NCBI GenBank assembly: GCA_032718475.1 | Contig: JAUCBJ010006674.1 | Coordinates: 7,124-71,123, forward strand | Length of the DNA: 64,000 bases | Direction of reading: 5' to 3' | DNA from: Nemertoderma westbladi | Lineage: Eukaryota > Animalia > Xenacoelomorpha | In this document: one piece after another, positions 39,643-49,954 of the stretch | How the letters are laid out: each line of letters starts with the position of its first letter | Position numbering within the stretch: the stretch's first letter is position 1 | Notes under the pieces: model-generated | What the model was told of the DNA's origin: nothing | The model's database searches: none | The model's input: the letters and a program-made list of their open reading frames with translations, nothing else | Program-made: the position numbers and the translations under genes

Positions 39643-40877
39643 TGTAAAAGCTTCTGTGGGATATAACTGGCCCCTTTTGCTTCGCAATCCAGTTTCCCCC
39701 CAGGCGCTGGAATACTCTAAAAAGGTTCTCTAACTGTATATATATTCCCCTCGCCCGCAAGGTACCGTTACAGGTGTTTTAACGGACATAAAAGTCATTC
39801 TGCTATATACGTGTTTTGGCGGACATGGTAAGGCAAAAAACCTGTAATGCACCAACTACCTTTCACAGCTTAGCCGTGATGATTCATATTACGACATCTA
39901 ACAGCTGGTTGCTGACATGGAAACAGCCATTGGATGCATGGTTCTTTGTTTGGCTTGAGCCAATCAGAGCGATTTTTCCTGTCGACGTGTAGCTTTTCGG
40001 CCGATCATAAGGAGAGTGTTCAGTCTTACTGTTTTTACTTGATACTTTGTTGTTATTGCTGTCTAAGCCAGAAACACCGGCTTTTTGGGAAGAACTCTAG
40101 TAAAACTGCTTAGATTATAGAAAGTATAACTGTTACCGGCGGTGTTACCTCACTTAATTTAACTGCACTAATCATATTGTTTGTACTGCTATTTACCGTC
40201 AGTTATTAATTGTATCTATTTGTTGATGGAAATATTGCTCTTTGGAGAATACGGATAAATCACCCAAAATTCCCAATTTTCTTGATACACTACAGGTTAG
40301 AGAGGCGGGCTATATATAACAATTGCGATTTATATCAATGTGGTGTGTATTGAATCTAATGTTATTTAGTAGACACTACCTGAGTCAATTGCTGTTCTCT
40401 TTATGTGTGATCAAATATACTGACGGTCGGCAGAATAGTGTGCATGATTGTGAGTGTGATGTGACTGGTAACAAAGCATTTCCTAAAGAATGCGACTTAT
40501 ACTTTAATCATAAGCCTTATCGTTGCGTTTAGTATAAGTCCTAGCTCTGTTTAAATAGATAGAGCGCCACGTCCTAAAGGAACTGTTAATATTTCCCGAA
40601 AGTTAATAATATCTGTCAGAAATTACATATTAGCGATCAATCGAATAATACAGTAGGCTTACACTGCAACCTTACACTGCAATAATAAAATCTAAGCATC
40701 CGAATTCAGCCTCCCGGGTGTAGATCCATCGGGTGAATGATCGCGCATGGGCTGGCTTCGGCTAATGTTTTGTTTATTAGCATAAAATATTGTCGTATGC
40801 TAAAGGTGTGTTAATTAACTAAAAGACATATAAATTTTGGCAGGTTAAACTGCTAAAGGTCTTCAAAAGCGCGAACA
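39643..40877 (+). repeat. 5' LTR of copy A
   Basis: Direct repeat of 49955-51189 with 4 substitutions seen by eye; CCAAT at 39961, Inr-like TCAGT at ~40020, AATAAA at 40684. Confidence 0.97.
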
Positions 40878-41243
40878 GTAACAGTTACTTTGTATTGCAG
40901 TGTAGGCATTAAATACAGTTTAATACTGTTCTGTCGAACAGTAACAGTTATAATCTTATTGCAGTAGGCAATAGGGTTGCAAAATACCGTAGTGACTGGT
41001 AAAACTGAACCGGTGCTTCTGTAGGTCAGTAGGCCTAACTGTCATCACCGGTACCGGTACTGCTGTACAAGTACATTTAGTATTATTTCGATTGTGATCT
41101 ATTGTATATTGTAGGCTGCCAGGGGAATAGGGATTGATCACCCCTCATTCTTTTGTATAGTTTACTTATTTCTGTCGGTTTTATTTACTAGTAGGCTAAT
41201 ATTGAGCAGAAGGCGTGTGACCCTGCTCAGATTGTTCAGATAA

Positions 41244-41815
41244 TTGTAGGCTGAGCTGCTGTCTGACTGTTGTTGAGTTTGGAGAGATTGCGGTGTGTGT
41301 AGAGTTGGTCTGATAAAGTGCCGTTAGTAAGTTGGGGCAGCCATATGCTGAAGGTCAATCCCCTCTTAAAGAATAAGTCGTACTACCGTGTTAGAACGCA
41401 TACTAACTAACAGTTTCAGAATCTGCATATACTGTAGTTTATTTAGGCTTGATTGTAGTCTGTCAGTGTTTTAGCCTGTGTTTGTTTGTGTGGTCTGTTC
41501 AGGTACCGTAATAGTTATTACTCAAATATTTGTAGGCTGGATTGTTGTCTAGCTATTTTTAGGTCTGAAGGGATTGCTGCGTGTGTAGAGTTGGTCTGAT
41601 CAAGTGCCGTTAGTAAGTTGGGGCAGCCATAAGCGGTAAGGTCAATCCCCTCTTAAAGAGTAAGTCGTACTACCGTGTTAGAACGCATACTAACTAACAG
41701 TTTCAGAATCTGCACATACTGTAGTTTGTTTAGGCTTGATAGTAGTTTGCCAGCGTTTGGTTTGTATTTGTTTGAGTATTCTGTACGGGTAGCGTAATAT
41801 TTATTATTCAGAGTT
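41244..41815 (+). repeat. ~286-bp tandem duplication in the 5' leader of copy A
   Basis: gattgc...gtgtgtagagttggtctgat...aggcttgat begins at 41286 and again at 41572. Confidence 0.9.
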
Positions 41816-43135
41816 TATGCGATTATTCGCAACATTCATGTCCCCAAGTTTATTCCTACAGTAATTGTGCTTGTTATACATACCGTTATAGTTAAACTAA
41901 CCCCGGTACTACATCAGGGCTGCTCGGCGTAGGTAAAGACTGGAGATTTTGTGCTTCGGTCACTCCAGCAGATGCCGTGGTTCTTTTAACTGTTCAAGTA
42001 TATTTAACTACTGATTATTTGTTATACCGGTACTTGTACCTAATTTAGGGTTTAGTGTACAGTGCTTTCCGAAGTAATTAGTGTAGGCAGTATATTTGTG
42101 TTGTAAAGTGGTTGATAGGCACATTCGTTAGCTCTATTAGCTTCTGGGTAGGAACAATCCGTGATACATAACGTAGTACCTATAGCGATACGGTTATAGG
42201 TCGTCAGGCGGTGGTATTTTCCTATCTGGACAGTACAATATATTTACTACTACTTATTATTTCAAATACCGTAGTACCCTGTCCGTTGTAATACAGTAAT
42301 AACCAGAATTCTAACCCTTTGTTAGGCTGGTTTGTAGACTTCCTGTAAAATTACCCTAAAAATTTCGTACGTAATATTTTGTTGTGTTTAATTAGAGAAT
42401 TAATCTCACCCATATCGTAAGTAATTTGTAGTATTAAGTAACTTAGGTAAATTAGAATTATCAGTTTTAGTGTCAAATAAATAGCACTTCACTGAGAGGC
42501 GTTCAGCTTCTGTGTAGTGACTCCCCCAGAAATAATAACATTTATTTCAAATATTGACAAAAACCCATATAACGGGTATATAAATATTATAAATCAACTC
42601 AAACGATTTATAAATAGTAGGCCTGCCATACAACAACTAGGTCTCAATATCAGTTGGACTACTGCTTAAATAACGGTAGTAGAGTAAGTTAAAGTAACCA
42701 AGTAACCCTAAAAATATTCAGAAATTCAATTATTCTAAAAATAATTGACATACCGGTATTTACCATAGGCTTATTATATTTATCTCTATAAATTTGAGCT
42801 GAAATCATACCGGTACTCTGTAATTAATTCTAGTTCATAATTATACTTATATATAATATAGGTGTAAGCTGTCTACCGGTATTCACGATAGGCCTATTAT
42901 ATATTTATATATATTTGTGCTAAAAATTATATACCGGTACTCTGTGACAAATCTAGTCTGTAATAATACTTATATATATATTATAAGCATACCGGTATTC
43001 TAATATATTATATATATATCACGCTACACTGAGCAGCAGTATCGGTAATTAATTATTAGGCTAACAGTGATACTGAATTACTAGACTTACTTTAACTGTA
43101 TTTATAGCCGTAGGCATTCAACTGTGTAAACAAAC

Positions 43136-46100
43136 ATGTCAGATTCAACCAAATCACTGTCAGATAGTCTCTTAGAAAGTGTTAGAATGAGTATTAGACT
43201 TAGACAGCGTATTAAAAGGATCCGTGACCAAGATCCAAGTATAGAACATCCTAGATCCAAGTCTAAGTCACCTACTATTGTAAGAAAGGCCATCCCTACA
43301 GTAGTAGTGTCAGACCCTAGGCTAGTAGAACAACGTAGGTCTATCATCGGCACTCGGGCCCAAGTCAAGCGGGATCAAGAAGCAGCTGTCAAGCAGCAGC
43401 AACATCCTAGCCAAGAACCTAGTTCTCAGCGGCCCGATAGCTCCAGTAGTTCGGATACTGTTGAGCGGACGCCCGAACGCAGAGCGGAGATGGCGGATAC
43501 GGTTTATGATGAGCGGCCAACCTATGAAGAATCAACCGACGCCACTTCTTCTCAAGTGGAAAGCGAAGTGGAAAGCGAATTAACAGCAGCAGAGAAGCCG
43601 CGAACTAGAGACGCCATTGACATCTACCTATCCGACTATCAGCGATTCTTAGGAGACGAAGAGTTGAGGAGACGACTGTCTGGACTTTCCCCCAATAGTG
43701 AAGGAGCCAAGTTTGTGTTGGACGCAATAGATGTGGAAATGTTGGCAGCGAATAGAGCGGAAATTGATGAAAGAATCCGCATCGTTAGAGAATGGGAACA
43801 ACAGTTGAAGAAAAAACAGATAGAGGACAGAAAGACAGCAGCAGTAGCAGCGGCAGAGGCAAAAGCAGCAGCGGCAGAGGCAAAAGCAGCAGCGGCAATG
43901 GCAGTGGTCGAAGCGGAACGGAGGGCATCTGAAGAAAAAGTCCAACTAGAGTTGGAGAATATTCAAGAGAAGCACGATTACTTAAATAAACAGATAACGG
44001 CTAGTGATATGCAGCTGATAAGCCAGACTACTTCCAAGAGACAGGGATTTACATCCTCTGATGAAGGAGATACAACAGATACTGAAGGCAAAGGAAATAG
44101 ATCTCGTCTAAGCAGACGTGGAAGAACATCCCACCGTCATAAATTGCCTGATTTGCCTCCAGCTGTTAGAAGGCAACTAAATAACACCAACTTAGGTAGT
44201 ACAGAACCCATAGACCAGGTGGTTAAAATAGAAAGACTCCCTACAATAGTTGATGAGCCTGAAATAATTAGGCCTGTCGTTCCCAAAGTCACTTCTGTGT
44301 TAGAGACCCCTGTACTTCCAGAGCTTAACTCTAAATTCCCTTTACATAGTACTACACTGCCTGTACCCGGTGGAACAGTCCAAGAGAATATCCCTGTCCA
44401 GATAGCAGAGAGAGAAATCAATAATTTGTCTCCCGTCGTCCCGCGTCAGCCCGCTACTATGTTGGCGACTCCCGCTTCAGCGGTTGAGTGGGTGGAAGAG
44501 GGACGGCGGGGGATGAATCTCCTGCTGGGACAGATGCAGGAGACTGTCCACCAACTTAAGGGAACAGTGAGGGAAAGTAGAGCAGAGTTGCAAGAAGTGC
44601 AGCAAAGTATCGCACTAGAACGCGACAAATTAGTCAATATCCAAAAGGGCATACCAATACCCCCTGTAACATTGTGTCCACCTGTTAGGTCTGAAGTATT
44701 ACATGCGCAAGGTGTGGAGCCTACACGCATCTATACTGCTAGTGAAGTTGAAACTCCTATAGCAAACCCTATTAAGGGTGATTATAGACCTGTTATTAAT
44801 GATATTCCCTATAGACCTGATAATGATCCGAGAAATTTATATACCGATAATTCGATATTAAATAACACGATGGCCCAAGAAAGCTTTACGCGTCAGATGG
44901 CTAGAACAGAAGCCCGCCAAGCGGTCAAAGTAGGAGAGATCGTCAAATTCAATGGAGACGAGATGAAATGGTTACCTTTCAACGAATATTACAAAGACAG
45001 CATACAGAACTCTGTGCTATCTAACGGAGAGAAACTTAGGTTCCTCATCAAGTGCTTGGAAGGACCTCCCAAGTTAATGGCGTTAAAGTTTATTGGACAT
45101 CCAGATGGATTAAGACAAGTTTGGGATACATTAAACATCAGGTATGGTAACAAGGATAACATAGCTAAGTATTTGTATGCAAAATTAGTAGCCCCTCGAC
45201 ACTTCCTTAGTAGCGGGATTATAGAGTTTTCTGATGAGATTCAAGAGATCTGTAGACAACTGGACTGGTTAGGTAAGTCGCATGAATATCAGAGTTCCAT
45301 GGTTATTGGAGCCGTAGTCTCTACCTTACCAAAGGGCGGAGTATGTACACGCTGGGACAAGAAAGTGTTGTACATGAATGAACAACAACGACGAAGTCCT
45401 ACCATGGCTGATCTCATGTCCTTCTTAGATGGTGAGGTAAAACTACAACTCATCAAGCAGTCCAGAGAGAAAACATCGGAAAATAAGGTAAGTGAGAAAC
45501 CCGCTTCTAGGAGAAGAGTAACACCAGTGTGTTATACTGACGACGGCGAAAGCCAAGCTTCTCAAGAAGAGGACAGCGGGAAAGACACAGCAAAATCTTA
45601 CTATGACAAAAAGAACTATAAAGACGTAAGTAAATACAAGTCTCGAACCAGTGACAGGAGAGAACAGGTAACAACAACCCCTCCTACGTCTCCTAAGAGA
45701 ATTCACGGAAGAAAGCCCGAAGAAAGAACGAGAGTGCATAACGTTACCCAAGGTAAGGTGAGTAACATCAAACCAAAATGTGCGCTGTGCGACGGGCCCC
45801 ACTGTTTGAGTGCGTGTGCTGAATTTCTAAAGAAATCCCCTGTAGACAGACGTACAGTCCTGTGGAATAAGCGGTTATGCTATAATTGCCTCAGATCGGG
45901 ACACCAACGGCGAACCTGTTACTCCGACGTAAAGTGTGCAAAGTGTGGCGCGAAACATCACATCTTGTTACACAGTGAGTTCGAACGAGACAACCCGAGT
46001 CAGGTAAGTGAGCCCAAATCACATGTCCAATTCAGTGATGTGAACGACACTGACCAAAGTTCTGAGTGGGAAGGATTCTATACGGACGAATTCTCCGATG

Positions 46101-47212
46101 CCAACGAATCCTGTTATCTAATAAATACCGCAGTGTATCGAGCACTTACTTACGAAAAAGACATCAACGATGAGTTTCCCCAAACTACTTTCGCCAAACA
46201 ACCATCTTGGAAAGCTCCAGCTTCCAACGTAGGAATCAGAGAATTTCCTGTAGTTCAGGTAAGAGTTCACGGTCTTAACAAAAGCTACATAGTGAACGCC
46301 CTCCTGGACTCCGGCAGCACAGGAACATTCATCGATCAAGAACTAGCCGAAGATATCTTTGCTGGACAACCCAAGTTCCGGACTAAATTGAATATGTCAG
46401 GAATTATGCAGGTTTGGAAATCTACCCTAACGGCAGATTACTATGTAGGTGTGTTGTCCACCCCCCAGGATAAGTTAGGAACACAAGGTATAAGGTCAGT
46501 AAAAATGGTGGCTATAAAGAACTTCGCTACTACCCAAGCAGACCTTTATAATTGGGACGAGGATGAGAGCATCCAACATCTTAAGATACCTCGATTCCAG
46601 ACGGATTATCCTGGAGTGCAAATACTTATCGGCCAAAACGCGCACGAGGCGCTCGAGACATTGGAAAAACGACCTGCTCAACCGCAGCCACTACAAACCT
46701 ATGCGGTAAGAACTAGAGTAGGTTGGTACTTTACTGGCCCTTCCCGCAGAACTCTCGAAGAGAGACTACCACCAGAAAGAATATGCCAGATAAATGGTTG
46801 GGAAGTGGAGAGCAGTGAAGTGGACGAACTAACTGAGGGAACACCATACTCCTCAGATAATGACGATATTAACTCCAATGAAGATCAATGGAGACATCGC
46901 CCCGAGATGATTAATCTAGCCGACATCGCTTCCAGAGGAGCGACTCCTCAAGAACGGATAGATACTCCCGGCTGGTTAGGTGGACCCGACTCCCTAAGTA
47001 AAGAAGAAGATGAATGGCCTCCTCATCTTACCACGGCGGAGAGTAGACAGGCCAAGGGAGCGGAGAAAGTAACACGGCAACCCAATCACCCAGCTGGTCG
47101 TTTATGTTTACTGGAAAGAGACCAAAAACTGTCCGGAAACTATGGAAGGCAAGATACTCTTCCTACGACCACTTCCCTAATCCGACAAATATCTAGGGAC
47201 TCCATAACATAA
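43136..47212 (+). CDS. gag-pol: BEL/Pao Gag-protease polyprotein with in-frame loss of RT, most of RNase H and integrase
   Basis: Long coiled-coil N-terminus; DUF1759-like KFNGDEMKWLPF...EKLRFLIKCLEG; knuckles CALCDGPHCLSAC, CYNCLRSGHQRRTC, CAKCGAKHHILLH; protease ALLDSGS; RNase H tail WRH...NLADIASRG...WLGGP...WP; last part of integrase tail. No RT YxDD region and no integrase core. Confidence 0.93.
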   Translation: MSDSTKSLSDSLLESVRMSIRLRQRIKRIRDQDPSIEHPRSKSKSPTIVRKAIPTVVVSDPRLVEQRRSIIGTRAQVKRDQEAAVKQQQHPSQEPSSQRPDSSSSSDTVERTPERRAEMADTVYDERPTYEESTDATSSQVESEVESELTAAEKPRTRDAIDIYLSDYQRFLGDEELRRRLSGLSPNSEGAKFVLDAIDVEMLAANRAEIDERIRIVREWEQQLKKKQIEDRKTAAVAAAEAKAAAAEAKAAAAMAVVEAERRASEEKVQLELENIQEKHDYLNKQITASDMQLISQTTSKRQGFTSSDEGDTTDTEGKGNRSRLSRRGRTSHRHKLPDLPPAVRRQLNNTNLGSTEPIDQVVKIERLPTIVDEPEIIRPVVPKVTSVLETPVLPELNSKFPLHSTTLPVPGGTVQENIPVQIAEREINNLSPVVPRQPATMLATPASAVEWVEEGRRGMNLLLGQMQETVHQLKGTVRESRAELQEVQQSIALERDKLVNIQKGIPIPPVTLCPPVRSEVLHAQGVEPTRIYTASEVETPIANPIKGDYRPVINDIPYRPDNDPRNLYTDNSILNNTMAQESFTRQMARTEARQAVKVGEIVKFNGDEMKWLPFNEYYKDSIQNSVLSNGEKLRFLIKCLEGPPKLMALKFIGHPDGLRQVWDTLNIRYGNKDNIAKYLYAKLVAPRHFLSSGIIEFSDEIQEICRQLDWLGKSHEYQSSMVIGAVVSTLPKGGVCTRWDKKVLYMNEQQRRSPTMADLMSFLDGEVKLQLIKQSREKTSENKVSEKPASRRRVTPVCYTDDGESQASQEEDSGKDTAKSYYDKKNYKDVSKYKSRTSDRREQVTTTPPTSPKRIHGRKPEERTRVHNVTQGKVSNIKPKCALCDGPHCLSACAEFLKKSPVDRRTVLWNKRLCYNCLRSGHQRRTCYSDVKCAKCGAKHHILLHSEFERDNPSQVSEPKSHVQFSDVNDTDQSSEWEGFYTDEFSDANESCYLINTAVYRALTYEKDINDEFPQTTFAKQPSWKAPASNVGIREFPVVQVRVHGLNKSYIVNALLDSGSTGTFIDQELAEDIFAGQPKFRTKLNMSGIMQVWKSTLTADYYVGVLSTPQDKLGTQGIRSVKMVAIKNFATTQADLYNWDEDESIQHLKIPRFQTDYPGVQILIGQNAHEALETLEKRPAQPQPLQTYAVRTRVGWYFTGPSRRTLEERLPPERICQINGWEVESSEVDELTEGTPYSSDNDDINSNEDQWRHRPEMINLADIASRGATPQERIDTPGWLGGPDSLSKEEDEWPPHLTTAESRQAKGAEKVTRQPNHPAGRLCLLERDQKLSGNYGRQDTLPTTTSLIRQISRDSIT

Positions 47213-47754
47213 TAACATATGGAGTGGGTGTGTGACTATATCATTTTATATTTGTTTTTATTTTATATTTATGTATGTATTATTACGTAATTTTATTATA
47301 ATCGTTTTCTTTAATTTTATTTAGTAGAATTAGCGATTATTTAGTAAATTAGTGCAATATATTAGTGTTTATTACGTACTTAATTACTTATAATATATTT
47401 AGTGCGACGGCAAGAAATAATTATTTTTCTCTTTCCTTACTGTCCGTATTATATTATAAATGCGAGACTATAGTAAGATGACATGTCAGTACTTCTTAAA
47501 GTACAATAAAGCCACTACTATATTTAAGTATTATTGGTAGGCAGAGTATTAGGAATGCAAAGTTCAGATCCTCGTGTCTCGGCTAAACCAAGCTCTGGGT
47601 AGACCTTGGAAACGACTTGCCTCTTCACACTGACATTGCTTCGTGCGATATTGCTCTTCTACCTTATAACAAATAATACATATAGTAGCGTGATGTCCCT
47701 CTAACAGTAGCGTAAAACGCAAATAAAGCTGTTAAACCTTTTGACCATCTGTAA

Positions 47755-48030
47755 TTCTAGTCGATTAAGATATCGTGGCACCCACCGATATACTTGAAAG
47801 ACAAATTCTAGAATCAGTGGTTAACGTCCCCAGACAAGTTCTGGAATAAATCGGTGCCCATCCTAAATATTAATTTAATATTTATTAAAATCTGTAAAAT
47901 CCCGATCCTTTAAAATTTCTAGTCAATTAAGATATCGCAGTATTTACCGATATTCTTAGAAGGACTATTTTATAGAATTAAGGATCCTAAGTCCCCAGAT
48001 ATGCTCTGGAATAAAATTTGTGTCAATTTT
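47755..48030 (+). repeat. Two diverged ~162-bp repeats in the inter-ORF spacer
   Basis: ttctagtc(g/a)attaagatatcg...ccgatat...gtccccaga...ctggaataaa at 47755 and 47917; also present in copies B and D. Confidence 0.8.
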
Positions 48031-48646
48031 AACATCAAATAATAAAATTCACGGGAATAAATTTAAATTCATATTTTTAAATGAATTTCATAAATTGTCA
48101 TTTTGTACAATTTATAACATTCCCAAAATTCCAGTAATTAATAGATCATGGGAGCGGAGATTCATATTGAGTGTACTAGAGTGTGAGAATCTCCAACATA
48201 TAGTCAATAGCCGATAAAATTTATAAAATCATGCATAAAGAGGATATTGACAACTAAAGAATTACTATTAAATAACATCCCAGATCTGTATGCATGAGAA
48301 TTACCCTAATTCTACCGCTAGCTTTCCATAATGTCACCATGGCAACAACCACGCTAGAATTAGAAGCAAGTTAAAGGAACAATAAAAGGCTTGCCCCATT
48401 GCGTAGCATAAGAGTATACATAGCGCACTATTAGTATCCAAGGATACATAGTAATAACGTGACATTCTGGAAGACACTGACTAACGGACAAATGGCATGC
48501 ATGTGTGCAGTAAGTAATGATTGTATGGAATTTGTGCGTTTATAGGTGAATGATACTACTAAAGTGTGTTTACAGTAGCTAATCGCAATTGTAAAGTAGC
48601 CCTAACTCTACCGAGATAGCCTCAAGTGGAATCAAGCCTTTGGGAC

Positions 48647-48789
48647 GGACAGTGGTGGGACTTGTGTCGATTATCGTTGTCGTGCTGTTGCTACATGTTG
48701 GCGCAAACACCGCGACAACGGTACATCGGCGCTGAGAAACCCACTGTCCGGGGGCAAAAGTCTAGTAGGCAGCGACGCCCGCTTGCCTA
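48647..48789 (+). promoter_or_regulatory. Conserved structured RNA element upstream of ORF2 (IRES-like candidate)
   Basis: Nested stems with compensatory changes among copies A, B (32177-32325) and D (62984-63134); ends 43 nt before the ATG. Function inferred. Confidence 0.6.
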
Positions 48790-48832
48790 AAATATTAGCT
48801 CATATTGATATCAATAAACTCAGATAGCAGAT

Positions 48833-49876
48833 ATGACGGAATTGATAGAAGATGACCTTGATATTAGAGAGCGATATACTCTACCTTTACAAGCGTTTGT
48901 GGATAGCTTGATACGCGGTGAAGCCGATCCGACTATTACGGAGGACGATGGTCGTTATATCGAACCGCTGATGTCCCAGGAACAACTTACGCGTGAATTG
49001 GACTATCGAAAATTAACCGCTCGCTATACGCATCGTAATGGTACGTATATGGACTTCCTAACTACCGGCCATCCTATCGATTTACATGATACGGACGATG
49101 TATACACCGAAAGGGAAATGGTTCTATTTAAATATCATACCCAGCGGAGTCGTAACGATAAACCGAGAATAGATCACGAAAATTATATTCGTTACATCAG
49201 AGCTTGGGAAGCGAACGCTGATTTACATTGTGATTCACGCCATCGCTATTATCCTGGACGCGCTTACGAAGGAGTTTATGCGTTCCATCCATATTTGTTT
49301 GCCTCCGTCGAGCAGAAATCGCGCCTATCAAGTTATGAACTATTGAAGCGCGTTGGAGAATGTATTTCAACCAAATATGTACGCAAATTCCTCAGGAGCA
49401 TTAATCCGAGTGACATCAATTCGTATAACTTAATAAACTTTATCCGTCAAGATCCGGCCTATGGAGACTTATTTGTCAACTCACACCCTGAGTTACAGGA
49501 AGTATATCGACGGCCTTACGAGTACAGAGCCCGCGAACGCGAGTTGGAAAGAACCATTAAACCAAGGAAGTTTCTAACTGCCTATGGTCCACCCACGGCC
49601 CTCGTTCAGACCACTCGTAAAGGACCCGTAAGAGCGGCTGTCTTGAAACGAGCTCTCAAAGCCGTTAGACCCCTCTCCCCGGACGTTGATGTCAATCAAC
49701 CCGGTACTTCGACCGGCGGATATACCGATCGCAATCCCATACCTTCTGATGCAATCATATTGCACCCTTCACCCAGGAGTTATAGCCCTCCTCGTAAAGT
49801 GGCTCGCCCCAAAGAGAAAAGGACTCTTGCTAGCTTTAAAAAACTGCGTAAACGCCGTCCGCGCAAGAAAGACTAA
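48833..49876 (+). CDS. ORF2 of copy A: in-frame internal deletion derivative (347 aa) of the 1417-aa exonuclease ORF
   Basis: First ~120 aa and last ~228 aa align with the ends of ORF 58683-62936; junction at HENYI-R-YIRAWEAN. Confidence 0.9.
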   Translation: MTELIEDDLDIRERYTLPLQAFVDSLIRGEADPTITEDDGRYIEPLMSQEQLTRELDYRKLTARYTHRNGTYMDFLTTGHPIDLHDTDDVYTEREMVLFKYHTQRSRNDKPRIDHENYIRYIRAWEANADLHCDSRHRYYPGRAYEGVYAFHPYLFASVEQKSRLSSYELLKRVGECISTKYVRKFLRSINPSDINSYNLINFIRQDPAYGDLFVNSHPELQEVYRRPYEYRARERELERTIKPRKFLTAYGPPTALVQTTRKGPVRAAVLKRALKAVRPLSPDVDVNQPGTSTGGYTDRNPIPSDAIILHPSPRSYSPPRKVARPKEKRTLASFKKLRKRRPRKKD

Positions 49877-49944
49877 CTGTTTAGAGTATTTTTATATTTT
49901 AGAAACTGTGATTTTGTATATTTTATAGACTTAAATCCCATTTT

Positions 49945-49954
49945 CTGGGAGCGG
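49945..49954 (+). other. Polypurine-tract position
   Basis: ctgggagcgg abuts the 3' LTR; identical (within cccattttctgggagcgg) in copies B and D. Confidence 0.75.

Noticed and set aside
40323-40532. Small ORFs within LTRs (also 50635-50844, 30025-30207, 57698-57949)
   Set aside because: Frames and strands are not conserved between LTR subfamilies; repeated only because the LTR is repeated.
40555-40655. HDV/CPEB3-like ribozyme in the LTR (CCACGT, TGTCAG, CGAAT words)
   Set aside because: Could not build P1 and P3 pairings in the required order.
43102-46681. Antisense ORFs overlapping gag-pol
   Set aside because: Shadow frames of a long coding sequence with no independent features.
49180-49200. 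ORF2 deletion in copy A as a spliced-out intron
   Set aside because: Copy D shows no GT...AG at the corresponding breakpoints; the short CG overlap fits a recombinational deletion better.
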